Assembly (NCBI RefSeq): GCF_036321535.1 | Contig: NC_087436.1 | Location: 19,346,001 to 19,410,000 of the forward strand | DNA length: 64,000 bases | Reading direction: 5' to 3' | DNA from: Camelus dromedarius | Lineage: Eukaryota | Shown here: piece after piece, positions 36,544 through 49,924 of the stretch | Position numbering within the stretch: position 1 is the stretch's first letter | Layout of the letters: each line of letters opens with the position of its first letter | Translations under genes and position numbers: made by a program | Notes under the pieces: model-generated | What the model was told of the DNA's origin: nothing | The model's input: only the letters and a program-made list of their open reading frames with translations | Databases searched by the model: none

Positions 36544-38420
36544 ACACAAGGAGAAAAGAATAAACATTTATTGACCATTAACTCTACTGCTAGGTGCTTT
36601 ACCTGTATTTAACCATCATGACAACCTTGTGAAGTAGGCATTATTAACCATAACATGTTGCACTGGGAGAGGCATGATCACTTGCCTCTCAGTGAGATTT
36701 TTATGCATTTGCTAAAAGTAACAACAACATCACGTCTTCTCCATGATTTTTTGAGAATCCACACAGGCCAGATATTAACCCTGCTCCTTGACTAATCCAT
36801 TCTGTCAGTGAAGAAGCAGACCTATAACTGTGGTTAGGCAATTCACTCAAATGGTGGATGGATGTGGAGTTTGAAGGCTCCAGGTTTTCAGTCTTTGGCA
36901 CTCTTGTGTTTTAAAGTAGGGCATTTCAAATGGGTTTCAGAAGCATATTCATCTATAATCACCACTTAGCCTTCAAAATAAATCTTCAGGTAGACGACTA
37001 AAATGATCACGAGGAAGTCATAAGGCATGAAAATGGAGTCATTTAGAATATGTTTACTCTTTCCCTCTCTATCGTTTTTAGAGTGCTTGGTTTTAGGACA
37101 TTCAACAAGTGGGAATAATACCATGACAAGTGATAGACTCCAGCTGTTTGCAGAGTGGTTCCAAGGGAGGTATATGATTTCAAGAAAAAGGGGTGGGTGG
37201 GAGGTTGAGAAACAGATGGTTTATAAAGTGCTGTTTTTAAAAATTGCTTTTCCCCATGTTCTTTGAGAAAGCAATACAAAACCAGATTTACCATATCTGG
37301 TTTGTGCTGTGGTTAGATCTTTCTTAAAGCCTCAAGGTTCATCCTTTGCTTTCTTGGGCTAGGCAGTCAGTGGATTTAGGCATGCTTCCTGTAACATATA
37401 CCTCATGTATAAGGACCCAAGTTGTGAAGAGATAAAAATATTTGTCAGGTGTTCCCAGCTCTTCATCAAGTGAGCCCAATAAAGGCATGACACATAAGTA
37501 GAGGAAATGAAGGTCTCATTCTTTGAGAAAATCCCAGTCTTCTTACAAGTCCATCACACCAGAGAAGCAGAAATAGCTTTTTAAAGAGATATTTCAGTTT
37601 AAAATGCAGCAGATGACAAATCCAGTCCTAGAGCACTCCGGGGATTTGGCTGCCAAACCGTGATATATTGCAGAAACATTTATTTTGTAAGTAATGTTAA
37701 TGATATTCTCAGCGCTCTGTGTTTATTGTTTAACACTGCTATCATTTATTGATGACTAATGGCCAATAAACATAGCCCCTTGCCTTACTGTGGCTTGCAG
37801 TCAGTATTTATGGATTAGGTCCATTAGTCTCCTTTCGAAAGCTACCAGGACGATGCAGCTGGCACCCAGCTGAAGAAGAGATGAGAAAAATGTGATCTGC
37901 CACTCAAGTAAAGACAAGGCAGTGAACTTGAAAGGAAGATGCGTCATTGCAACCACAAAGAAGCACTTAAATATAAGTAGTAGGATGACCTAATTAATAC
38001 TCCTAAATATCTCGTAGCCTGGCTCGCCTTTTGATGCTAGCTTTTATCTCTAATAGATGCCATAGTCTCTAACACGGTTCCATAAGGGACTACAGGAATA
38101 CAGTGACTGAGGTCACTTTAAGGAAAATAAATGCTCAGGCATGTAAGCATGTGGGAATAAAGAAATGATCAAATTTAATGACTGGAAGTCGATGATGAAA
38201 GGAAGATGGCACCCAATTCAGGGAAAAATACATTAAAAAGTTACAATAACTCAAACATGCAAAATTGTTTTTATTAATTTGTTTAATATCAGTGGAGTTT
38301 CAATCTGAATCTTTAAACTCTAGTCTTAATCTGAAGATATGTTTGGGTTATGAAAGTCCTGTTACATTACATTTATTTTACAGCCAGCACAGGTACTCTT
38401 GACAATCGACTTTATCTTTC

Positions 38421-38532
38421 TTCTTCTTCCTTTTTTTAAAAAATTGAAGTGCAGTCAGTTACAGTGTGCCAGTTTCTGGTGTACAGCACAATGTCCCAGT
38501 TGTGCATATACATACCTATATTCATTTTCATA
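38421..38532 (-). mobile_element. ~110-bp L1 3' tail
   Basis: ttgaagtgcagtcagttacagtgtgccagtttctggtgtacagc; perfect 13-bp TSD gactttatctttc (38408-38420, 38533-38545). Confidence 0.9.
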
Positions 38533-39480
38533 GACTTTATCTTTCAAAGGAACTCCTAAAGGCTTATCTTCCAATTCTCTAAAAACTCCAAAGGTTTTTA
38601 CACTTTCTTGCCCCAAACTGAATTCTGTGTCTAATCATCTTCATTATTCAAACAGCTTTCTGGGCGTGTATGTCCTAGCAGACGTAGTGTACGTGGGAGG
38701 AAGCACAGTGTGGTGCAGAGCTGGAATGGACTGTCCTACCTCTGGCACCGTGTTGTGATTTTTCAGGAGGGGAACAACTGGTTCTTGTTGGTATAATGGG
38801 CATGGTTGGACTCGAATTATTTTTAGTTCACCTTCAGTTTTAAATTTCTAAAATTCCAGGAAAATGGTGACATATTTAAAAGGGTCGCTCTCAATCTTTT
38901 TTGGGGAAGCACTAAAAGAAGAACCATGTAAATAACTTTCGACCAGAAGTGAATGACCCGACCAGGAAAGTCTAACAATTCACCTTACCTGGATTATTTC
39001 TGCCCGCCTCAGTATAGCTTCTCATGCTGCATTTCCTTGATGCGATTTTAAATTGTCCGAATTATCTTTCCTTATTTCCCTCAGTTGTATACCTGTCTGC
39101 TGAATCTCTTTTCTGTTTGTTTCCTGGATCTTCTATTGGTTTCATTTCCTCTTCACTTTTTTCTACATTCCAGAAAGGAACAAAAATTATGTCATGACAT
39201 CCTCTGGCTACTCAAGGACATAACTTTCTACATGCAAGTATTAAGTTGTCTCTATCTTTTTTGGCTTTAGGTTTTTATGCTGTCAAGAAGGTACTGCAGG
39301 CAAATTGGACAGTAAGCTTGGATAATTAATTTCCACACATGCCCTAGCAAAGCATGTACGCTGCATCCAGAAGTAGATAGATCTGGGGAGATGTCTTAGG
39401 GTAGGAGGGACTTAAAAGTCAAAGAGAAAGTTTAAGAACCTTAGCTTTTTCTTATCTAAGGTAGTACAGTATGGGAAGGG

Positions 39481-39730
39481 ACAGGGTGGCAAATATTTTT
39501 CACATACCTCTGTAACAGGTCAGATAACAAATATCTTGGCTTTGCTAGGTAATAAGATCATTATGCAACTACTCAAGTCTAATTTGCAGTAAAAACAGCT
39601 ATGGACAATACCAAACAAACAGGCAGAGCTGTGGGTAGGCTTCAGTGAATTTTATTTATAACACAGGATTTGTTTTATTTACAAAAAAAAAAAAAAAAAA
39701 AAAAGGAGGCTTTAGGTTGCCCATAGTTGG
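39481..39730. mobile_element. MER58-type hAT DNA transposon with expanded poly(A)
   Basis: cagggtggcaaa...ggtcagataacaaatatcttggctttg...gcaactactca...aaacagctatggacaata...ttttatttacaaaa. Confidence 0.7.
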
Positions 39731-40779
39731 TATAAGAGAATGACTGGGCTAGTAATTTGGAGGTGTGAAATTAAGATCTCTGCTTTGCTAAACTGTATAG
39801 ACTAGGAAATACCGTTGTTCCAGTTACTCAATCCTTTGTTTCTAGGGATACACAATTGCCAAGGCCCTTGAAGTAGAAGAAGGTGACAGTTCCCTTGGAA
39901 AATGCTAGTGGCACTTGTTTTCTTCCTCATTCTTCAAGAGTTTCACCCCCAGTACCCAGGGCCACTTAGCGTTCACGAGCCCACCTCACGAATGATGCTA
40001 AGAGATGCAGTGTATTCAAAAATAATTTGTTAGATGCCTGGTCAGGGTGGCTCTAAACCATGTTCAGATACAGCTTCTGGCCCCAAGGTCAGACTTTTCC
40101 TGCCTCCAAGTAGTATGCACAAGTTGGATTTACCAAGACAGATAGAACAATTACAACAGCAAACTCCAGTCTTAGTTCTCCACTTAATAATCTATTGCTT
40201 TTCTGCAAAATTGCCAAGGAGGAAGGTGTGTGAGTCACCATCAGCGATGACAGCTGGGCACCAGGAGAGTCTGCAAGGTGCAATAAAGCCTATGAGTTTT
40301 GAAGATGTATGAAGGTCACTGTGATAAATGTTTTCCAACGACTTACAGAGGACAGCTGTGGAAAAAACCACTTGGATCATAGCTGCATGGAACGAGCATA
40401 TGGGTAGCCACGGGTGAATGTTTAGGTTCTTTGCTATGGTGTTTTGAAGTTCTTCATTGTCTCAAGTGTGGGATGCAACGTTTTAGAAGAAAAAATGAGA
40501 AATTGGTCAAGCACAGATGAATAGAAGCAAGTGATGAAAATCAATTATCAACATTGATAACCTCACAATAACTTTATAAGAAAAATAACCTCCCCCAAAC
40601 CCCAAAACCAATTAATTAATCTATCATGGCTGATTCAGTTTCTACTCTGTGTAAACTCAAAAGATTGTATGAGTTGAAAGCAATCAACTAGGCGCTAGGG
40701 TTAGCAATTTACTTTTTTTTATTACTTGTTAGATCAAGAGATCACTGCTTACTTTTCTAGTTTTCAGAAATGCACGGCA

Positions 40780-41175
40780 TATTAATTAAGATTCGGCTTG
40801 GCTATAAGCGATAGAAAACTCACAACAGTAGCGCTGACCAAGATAGGCTTTCGTATCCCACTTATGCACATGCACTCTGGCAGCAGGCAGGCCAGAGCTA
40901 CCATGGCAGCTCCAGGATGCTCGCGTCTTACTGCGCTGCCAGCTTGGTGGAAGATGGCTGCTGGGATTTAAGTCTTTATATCTGCATCACAGCCAGCAAG
41001 AAGAAGGGTATAAAGAAGCGAATATGCCCTTTCCATAAAAATTGTCCTATAAGTCAGGTACTTCCAGTTCCATTCTATTCCTGAAACTTAGTCACATGCC
41101 CATTTACTAGCTGTAAAGGGAGCTGTAATCTGGCGGCCATGTGCCCAACTAGAGTCGGGAGTTTTGCCATTGAGA
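40780..41175 (-). mobile_element. MaLR LTR (MLT1J/K-like), degenerate
   Basis: aagatggctgct...aacttagtcacatgcccatttactagctgtaaagggagctg...ggccatgtgcccaact. Confidence 0.6.
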
Positions 41176-44100
41176 ATGAGCTCTACCACCCATTCTAATT
41201 ACACAGCCTTTGTATTAATCATTCAAGTCTCTTCTTTGTGCAGCTTTGGGGAGCTCCACGAACCTGATACATACAAATCTCTTAGTCACAGACACATAAG
41301 GCTCTCCAAATTTCTTTTAGATCTTTGCTCTTTCTTACACTGGACTTGTAACTCCAGTGATGCCCCATCTTAGGAGGCATTCAGAGGAAAAGCTAGATGT
41401 AATTTTCTAGGAGATAAAAATGCCCTTGGGAGGATTTTAATGGGTTTGGCGTTTCCCTCAGGAATATGAGGTGGACAACCACTCTATAAACGATCTTTCA
41501 CCTGCCCTACAGGAATGTAGGCAGCTGTCTTCTCCTTGGAAACCAACATTTAAAAAAAATTACATGGTAATTATTGTATATTAATTTTTTGCTGATAATA
41601 TATGGTAAAGTTACATATTTAAACAACACAATTCATACTATTTTCCACGCACACATGCTTCTGAATTGTCCCTTTTTATCTCAGTCATTCTCTGTTAAAG
41701 GTGCCAAGTTCTGTCTCTGTTTTTAGCTTACCTAGTCTTTCCAAGTGCTTCTTTGATATTGTTATGCAGAGTGTTGGCTTTATTTCTTTTACTCTTTCTA
41801 TCCTTCATAATTTATTAATGACACAGATTGTGTGATGAAGAGTTGTCAACATTATCATTTTTCTATATTTACAGGCATAATAACTGCATTGAAGTGGATT
41901 TGTCATCTAATAGCCTCAAATGATCCCTCTCTTTCGGGCTGCATTTCCTTCCATTATTTACTGTGCCTCCCAATAGCTTATCATCCACTGCTGTCTACTT
42001 TCCTCTCTGTCCTTAATTTCCTGAGACAGATTTCCACTTAAGAGATTGAGAAACTATTAGATGGAGAGTTTCCACAAACCACGGAAGCAGAAAGTCTTCT
42101 GCCAAGAGACACGTTCACCCAGGGTGGGTTAAAGAAAGAAGGTAGCCTTACATCTCCCTCTGACAAACCCCGTCCCTATCAAAGTGAAGAGGGCATAATT
42201 GCATTTGAATTCAGGGAATCTCCATGCATAACTCTCATTAACCCAAATACAATAGAAACCAAGTGCCTAAATTCCTGTGCAGGGAAAAAAAAGAAGTGGT
42301 TATACTTCCAGTCTAAAGCAAAACATGGCCTCCTATGCATGAGTTGGAATCTTCATAACTGTTTAACATTAGTCTGTGAGTTGTTCTAGAGAGAGCCAAT
42401 ATCAAAGAAGAAAACAGTGTTTTATCTCCGTAAAGCATTTTAGCAACGCTCAGAGAAGAGGAACACCAGATATTTATTTTGGAAATTAGCTTGCTAGCTC
42501 CACTATATTTTCAAATTATGCCTGTATTGGTAGTTTTCTGCTGTAATTGGCAAGGACACTGTAAATCTTTATCTTTGCTATGTTTAGAATACAGGACGAT
42601 AAGTCAACATTTTCTTTCACGGTAACATTTTGGAGCGAACAATGTTCACTAGTATAAAAAGTATTCTCTGATCAGAACAGTTGCTCTTAAATATGGGTTT
42701 GTTGGAAGATTACATGATATGTTGAAGATTGTGTCCTTTTGGATTGTTTTTCATTTAATTTGTAATTACTTCAAATGATTAAAAAGCATATAAATGACTT
42801 AACTTCTCAAAAGAAAAATATAAACTAATATTACCATGCCCTGTGTAATTTTCACAAGTTATTCATCACAGGTAAATAAGTTCCATGAATTGATTATTCC
42901 ATCAAATTGTTTCTATGCATTGCCAGGCACTGTAAACTTGTCTGAATGGAGTTCTATACCTCCAAACTCCTTATGAGCTCATGCTAAAACTTGAGAAATT
43001 CTCGATGGGAGGTATGGGAGTGGGTTGAGTTAAGAGCATCATGAGGACACAAAAGCGTTGGTGAAGTTTGGGTGAATTATTACAGCACTGGCAGCCAGCC
43101 TGAAGCATACGAAAGCAACTAGTTGTTTGGTTTGAACCTAAGAAATTAAGAGACTAAATTTTAAACTATTCACTTGTTTTTCACCTATACTTATTTCATG
43201 TTATTAGATATTTATTAGATTCAGAGACTCATTTGCTAGGTTTATACTTTTTTTTTTACTGGAGCCATACTTATCATGGGGGACATTTATGCTCTGTCTA
43301 CACCAAACACTCATGCATATATGACCTGAAGCACATAGTTTGGCTGCGTCTACACCAAACACTGAGGATATATGCTACCAAACACATGAATTGATGGGGT
43401 GATATAGAACTGCAAGAAATAAACTGATCCAGGAACATTTTTAATTCTGACACACGCTGTAATAACAACAAAAAGAATAACTACACAGATATAACCAACA
43501 ATAATTTTCATCACCACCACCCATTATTAGGCATGTATCCCTTGTGGGGCTAAATACTTGACACAGGCATTTTGGGGGCACATTTTCACCGATGAAGAAA
43601 TCAAGTCACAGAGAGATTATGTTACAGGCCAAAAATAAATGGTTAGTACATGATACTGCCTTAACGTGAAAGTAATTTCATATTTATTTGAATAAATGAG
43701 TGGATCAATTGATTCTAAAGAAACTGAATGATTGTAAAGCCTGCGGGTTTTTTTTCATGTTGATAGATTCACACCATTTATTTTCTAAAAGCCCACATTT
43801 CTTTACCCACTCACACGAACACCATAATTCTGAGTTTACCAGTCAGGTTCTGATTAGGTGGTAAGGAGATACATGAATGTATGTTAATTTATTATGTGAG
43901 CCCTTTTGAATTGGGAAATAAATTAACATTTGAAGATGAAAGTTTGAAGGTCTCAGCTAATGAGAGCAGGATCAGGGCTAGGACACAGATTTTTCTGACT
44001 CCTTCTCCAGTGTGGCCATTATCAGTACTCCCCAATTCCATCCCCCAGCACCTACTACTCAGTGACTGCCACCACTACTTGGGACAACTTGTAACTATGC

Positions 44101-44519
44101 GGAACTTGGGAGCAGTTAGCAGTTAAAGAATCAAAAAAACACATTTATTTTTAATCACCCACCATGAGATAAACTCTGTTGTTTTTCTTTCCTCTACATT
44201 ATACTTCCTGATTCTACACCAACTATTCAAGACAATAAATATCTATCAAATATTTATTGTATCTCATGGTGCTATGGTAGTGGGTGTGGATGACAGTAAG
44301 ATGGGAAAAAAACCACAATCTTTATTCTTGAGAAGTTTCCAACCTACTGTAGGAAGGTGTGGACACAAATAACTTTATGGTAATGGCAACAAAGAAGAAA
44401 CATACGAGAGTGTAAGATTATTTCTGGCTCAAGAGAGCAGAAAAGCTTTCATAAAAGATGTAAGACTTAATGTGGTTCGAGATATAAAGGAGGCAATATC
44501 ACAATATTTTTTGACACTG

Positions 44520-44850
44520 ATTATTTTTGATACATTTATTTATCATCATAACACCTTCTAAGAGGTATGTTCTACAATTATCCCCCATTTTCAGATGTAG
44601 AAACCGAGGCCAAGAAATGTCAAGTGAGTCTCCCAGAGTCACATGGGTATTCCAGTAAGTAGCAGAGTTAGGATTCTAACTTGGGCCCTTGGATGCTTGG
44701 AGATAAATTCTTAACCACTGAGCTGCACTGCCTGGGGTTCTGAGGTCAAGCTTACGTAGGTTGGAAGCCAGGCTCTGCCACTTAACGGGTCATAGGAAAA
44801 ATTTTAGCTCATTTTCATATCTGAAAAATGAGGAAAATATTACCTATTGT
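44520..44850. mobile_element. Two MIRs head-to-head (minus 44520-44730, plus 44735-44850)
   Basis: cccattttcagatgtagaaaccgaggc...taagtagcagagttaggatt, then ggctctgccacttaac...catatctgaaaaatgagg. Confidence 0.65.
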
Positions 44851-45264
44851 TGTTTGAATGGCAGACTATGGTTGGGGAGTTACCAGAAGACTAACTGGCT
44901 GGCCACTAAGAAGTTATTTGCCTTGGTGGGTTCACTACCATTAAAGGGCTCTTTCTGACTCTGTCATCCCAGAGCTGATCCAACTCAGGGAGACTCTCTC
45001 ATGAGCACAAACCTATGGTGTTCCAGGCATCAGGCTGGCAAGATTTTAAATATTACTTGAGCAGACAGGTGGTGTAATTAGAGTTACAGAGATGGGAAGA
45101 TCAGTTAGGTACAGTCGACTGCACTGGTCCAGGTAAAAGGAAATGAGGGTTGAACGAGGGTAGTAATATATAGCAAGCAGAAGGATTGGATATAAGAAAC
45201 TACAATTTTGGAAAAAAAAAACCAACTATTCTTGGTAATTGATTAGTTATACATTACAAAAGGA

Positions 45265-45395
45265 GGCAATGGAAAAGAACATGAAAAGGAATGTGTATGT
45301 ATATGTATGATTGAAGCATTATGCTGTACATCACAAATTGACACAACATTGTAATCTGACTATACTTCCATTAAAACAAAACAAAACAAAACAAA
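45265..45395 (+). mobile_element. Short L1 3' tail with (AAAAC)n
   Basis: aattgacacaacattgtaatctgactatacttccatt followed by aaaac repeats. Confidence 0.8.
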
Positions 45396-45893
45396 CCCCA
45401 GCATAAATGCTGGAACTAGATTGTCTAAGATTAAATCCTGGCTCTGCCACTTAAACAACAAAGCAAAACAAAACAGAAGGAGACAATGAAGGGTAATGCT
45501 GCAGGATGGAGTTCTGGAAAGAGCTCTTAAAATAGAGAAGCAGCTGGTTCATTGAAGTCTCCATGTTTTGGGGTGGTTTGTTACCTGGCAGTAGATAACC
45601 AGAACAATATGAAGCTAGGCAATGTAATATCTCCTCTTCTGGACCTATCTTTATACCCTTGCTTTATGTATCCCTTAAATAAATCCTAAACTATAATGTG
45701 GAAACAACCTTTCTAAAGGACATGTGGTCGTTCTTTAGGTTAATATGGCCTGGGAGTACAGAGGCTTTGCCTGTGCTCCGAATTCCCCTTGGCTTCAGCT
45801 ACATGAGAGCAAAAAGTTTCTATCCTCCTTCCCATCTTTATAGAAAGGGTCAATATTTACCTTCTCAAGTCCTCTCTTACAGCAGTTAGCCAC

Positions 45894-46370
45894 CGTATGA
45901 GTTTCCTACTGCTGCTGTAACAAATTACCACACATAGAGTAGCTTACCACACCAACTTATTATCTTATAGTTTTAGAGGTCAGAAACCCAAAATGAGTCC
46001 CACTGGGCTGAAACTAAGGTGTTGGCTGGGCTGCCCTACTTCTGGAGTCTCAGGGGGAACCCAAACTTCTTGCTTTCTCCAGCTGCTAGAGCTTGCCCAC
46101 ATTTCTTGGCTCATGCCTTACTTCTAGTAATCCAATCACTCCAAACTCCACTTCAACCTCACATCTCCATGTCTGACTCTTCCATCTTTTAAAGACCCTT
46201 GTCATTTCCCTGGGTCCACCTAGATAATCCTGAATAATCTCCGTTGTTTTGAGGTTCTTAATTTAATTGCATCAACAAAGTCCCCTTCTGCCAGGTAAGA
46301 TAACAGAGTTACACGTTCTAGGGATTAGGAAGTTGACACCTTTGGGAAGGTCATTATTCTCCCCATCATA
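45894..46370 (-). mobile_element. MaLR solo LTR (MLT1B/C/D-like)
   Basis: gtatgagtttcctactgctgctgtaacaaattaccac...cattattctccccatcata; 5-bp TSD gccac/gcccc. Confidence 0.8.
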
Positions 46371-46589
46371 GCCCCTATTTCTCCTTCATTATTAAAGTCT
46401 CCCTTTCTAATGGATCATTCCATCGGCATATGAAAGTGCTGTAATCACTCTTCAAAAGAAGAAACCCCTCCCTGAGTCACATCTCTCCAGAGTTCCCACA
46501 TAATTCCTGTGCTCAACAGCACAGCGAAACATCTTGACTGACTTACCCATGTTCACTGCAGCCACTTTTCAACTCTTTGCCATTTGGCT

Positions 46590-46980
46590 TAAATATCAGT
46601 TATCTATTACTGGGTAACGAACTACCCCCCAATTTCATATCTTCAAACAACAAACATGATTTAGCCTACAGTTCCTGGGGGTCAGAACTATGGGCATGGC
46701 TCAGTTGGGTCCACTGGCTGCAGGAAAGTGGAGGCCAGGGCTGCCGTCATCCTGAGATTCTATAGAAGGAGCCCCTTCCAGTTCTCAGGTCCTGGCTGGC
46801 TGCAAAGGGAGAGGCCATCTCCCTGCCCCTGAGCTCCTTCCTCCGTGGCTGACCTCATGACAGCTGGCTTCCCTCAGCAGAGGAACAGCAGCCTGAAGAG
46901 AAGGCCCCAGACAGAAGCCACAGTTTTTTTGTAATCTAGTCTTGGAAGTGGCATCTGATCATTTCGGTCCTACTCTGTAA
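46590..46980 (-). mobile_element. MaLR LTR (MLT1F/G-like) fragment
   Basis: tcagttatctattactgggtaac...gcatggctcagttgggtcc...gaagccacagtttt...ttggaagtggcatc. Confidence 0.65.
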
Positions 46981-46986
46981 GTCCAT

Positions 46987-47315
46987 TGTTAGGGGCTGCA
47001 CTGTGTCCTCCCCAAATTCATACATTGAATTCCCAACTTCCAGACTTTAGGAATAAGGTCTTTAAAGGAGTGATTAAGTTAAAATAAGATTAGGGTAATC
47101 CTACGTGACTAGTGTCTTTAACAAAAAGAGGATGAGGCACCAAGGATGTGTACATGGAGAGAGAAAAGAACATGAAAAGGGGCATGAGGAGGGCAGCCAT
47201 CCGCAAGCCAAGGAGAGAGAAACCAATCCTGCCAGCAACTTGCTCTTGGACTTTCAGCTTCCAGACTGTAAGAAATTAATTTCTGTCATTTAATTCACCC
47301 AGTCTGTTGTATAGG
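46987..47315 (+). mobile_element. MaLR LTR (MLT1A/B-like)
   Basis: tgttaggggctgcactgtgtcctccccaaattcatac...cttggactttcagcttccagactgtaagaaattaatttctg. Confidence 0.75.
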
Positions 47316-48171
47316 ATATGTAGATCAGTGTATGTCAGACTAAGGAATGTGGATTTTATTCTGCAAGATACATAAAGCCATTGAAGATCATTGAGTAGAG
47401 TGGGGCCATATTTCTGGAAAGAGGGTGAGATTTCTGGATAGTAGTAGTTGACTTGTGGTCCTTTATTAAGACTTTTTCCTGTTTGCACTGTCTCCCCGGG
47501 TAATCTTATCCAGTTCCATGGCTTTAAAGACCACTCATGCCAATGACTTCTAAATTTTTATCTCTAGCCCTGATCTTCCTCTGTGAACTGTTTAGTCAGC
47601 TGCCTGATCTCCACCTGAATTTCTAACAGGCCCCTCAAAGCTGTCACGAAATAAGTCTTGATTTTCCTAACTCTGCCCTTCTGCACCTTTTTTATCTTTG
47701 TAAATTGATACCGACATTCACCCAAATCCTGGATTTAGCGAAACCTTAGGAGTCGTCCTTGATTCCTCTTTCCCTAACTTATCTAAATCCAACCTAGCAG
47801 CAAATGCTGTCGCTGCCCCTGTAACACAGCTGGAAACGATCTACCTTTTCTGACTCCCCATGACCACTGCCTCTCCAGCGCAGGCCAGCAGGCTGTCTCC
47901 TTTCAACCACTCCAAAAGCTTCCTACCTCGTTTCTTCTTTAAAGTTCCTGCTCTACCCACCGGCCAGAGTGACCTTCTAATAATGTTTTTTTTTTTTTTT
48001 TCCTTGGTGAAAAGTTTCCCACAGCTTCCCATCACACTTAAATAAACTCTTAACTTCATAACCTGGTCTATAAATACCTACATGATCTGGATGATTTGGC
48101 CCCTGCCTCCTCCAACCCCCTAGTGTGCTGTATTCCAGGCATTTGGCCTTCCTTCTGCTCCTCTGACATGC

Positions 48172-48834
48172 TGTAGGGGGCGGACTAATGGCCCCTAAAG
48201 ATGGTCCCATTCTAACCCCCAGAACCTATGCCTATGTCATTTTACAGGGCAAAAGGTACTTTGTGAGGGAGGGTCTAGCTCAGTGGTACAGTGCATGCCT
48301 AGCATGCACGGGGTCCTGGGTTCAATCCCCAGGACTGTCATTAAAAATAAATAATAAATCTAATTACCACCCCTTCCCCCCCCCCAAAAATTGCATGGGT
48401 TAACTTCTAGCACACTATAATTTTTTTTTTTTTATAAAGGGACTTGGCAGGTATGATTAAATTAAGGCTCTTGAGATAGGAACATTGCCCTGGAATATTT
48501 GGGTGAGCCCACTGTAATAGGAAGGGTCTCTGTGATTGAAAGAGGAAGGCAGAGCCAGAATGGTTCATCCTGAGAAAGACTGGCTGAGTCGTTAATGACT
48601 GTGAAGATGAAAGGAGCCAGAAGCCACGAAATGCAGGCAGCGCCTAAAAGCAGGAAAAGGAAACAGATTGTCCCCTAGAAACCCAGAAAGGAATGCAGAC
48701 TTGCAAACGTGTTATTAGCCCAGTGAGAGCCCTTTTGAACTTCTGAGCCCCCAAACTGTAAGACAAGACATTTGTGTTGTTTTAAGCCACTGAGTGGAGG
48801 TAACTTGTTAAGGCAGCAACAGGAAACTGACACA
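48172..48834 (+). mobile_element. MLT1D-like MaLR solo LTR (contains a SINE)
   Basis: tgtagggggcggactaatggcccctaaagatg...gcagcaacaggaaactgacaca; TG...CA ends, degenerate 5-bp TSD catgc/cgtgt. Confidence 0.85.
48264..48436 (+). mobile_element. tRNA-Ala-derived camelid SINE with unique 3' extension
   Basis: Head, aataaataataaa, ctaattaccacccc, then unique ttgcatgggttaacttctagcacactataa and a T run; approximate TSD aaaggtactttg / aaagggacttgg. Confidence 0.9.
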
Positions 48835-49924
48835 CGTGTCAAGATCGTTGCCACCTTAGGGATTTGACATGGGATGTTCACCAGTCCTCCCTCTGCCTGG
48901 GGTGCTCAGCTTCCAGGCATCAGCATCAGGGGACATTTCCTCATCATTTGTGTCTCCGTTTAAATTGCACCCCTTTGGAAAGGCCTTCCCCAACCACTCA
49001 AAGTAGACTCCTTGTTACTCTCCCTTGACCGGTTTTATTTTCACCACAGAGCCTATTGCCTCTTGTTCCTTTTCTTTTTCATGTCATCATTGCAACAGCA
49101 CGGAAAGCTGAACCCTTCTCTCCCACTTTTCCTTGTAACCTCAGTATCTAGAACAATGCCTAGCACAAAGTGGGAGCTCAATAAATATTTGTGGAATAAA
49201 TGAAAAACACAGCATCTTTTCCATGCAAAGCAACATACATACACTATCCCGCATCAGCTTCATGGGACAGATTCCTATTACCATTTTATTAAACACAAAG
49301 TCCACGAGCAATCATAAGGTGTATTCGTGTTCCTGGCACATAGTAAACATTCATAAATATTATGAGTAAATGAACTATACTCAGAGATTGAGTAACTGAT
49401 GTAACTAACACAGCTTAAAAGTAAATATTTGCTGCATTAATGCTTCTGATTTCCATAATCTATTGTTGAAGAATCTCAGAGCTAAAGTAACTCTGTTCTC
49501 TTGAGCTCAAACCTCCATTCTACTTGCCTCTGGGCATCTCTATTCACATGTTCCAATGGCCCTGAACACAAAATATAAACTGAATCTACAATTTCCTCCC
49601 CAAATCTACTTTACACAGTTTCCCTGGCTCAGTGAATGGTACCAGCATCGGTTTGATAAACAGATTCTGGGAATCATTTCAGATGGCTTGGCCAAACCCC
49701 TATAGGGGACAGGTCATTTATTTTAGATTTTTCCTGCTTAACAGTTCTTATACTAATTACTATTTCCAGCTCCGCTGACTTACTCACTTCCTCGTGAACT
49801 ATTTGTTCTGAGATCGCGCTGAAACTAATCTTTCCAGCAAAACTGGACATGCCTTCCCTAGCTAGTTTTAAATCCTTCAGGGGCTTCCTACACTGTTTAA
49901 TAAAATCTAAATCCTTTACCACAC

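Larger units (their letters stand above)
47480..49205 (+). mobile_element. L2 3' region, split by MLT1D
   Basis: ccatggctttaaagaccactcatgccaatgacttc...aaccttaggagtcgtccttgattcctctt...agaacaatgcctagcacaaagtgggagctcaataaatatttg. Confidence 0.8.

Noticed and set aside
43296..43363. CRISPR-like repeat-spacer-repeat (16-nt repeat, 36-nt gap)
   Set aside because: Only two repeats, the spacers resemble each other, there are no cas genes, and the context is mammalian
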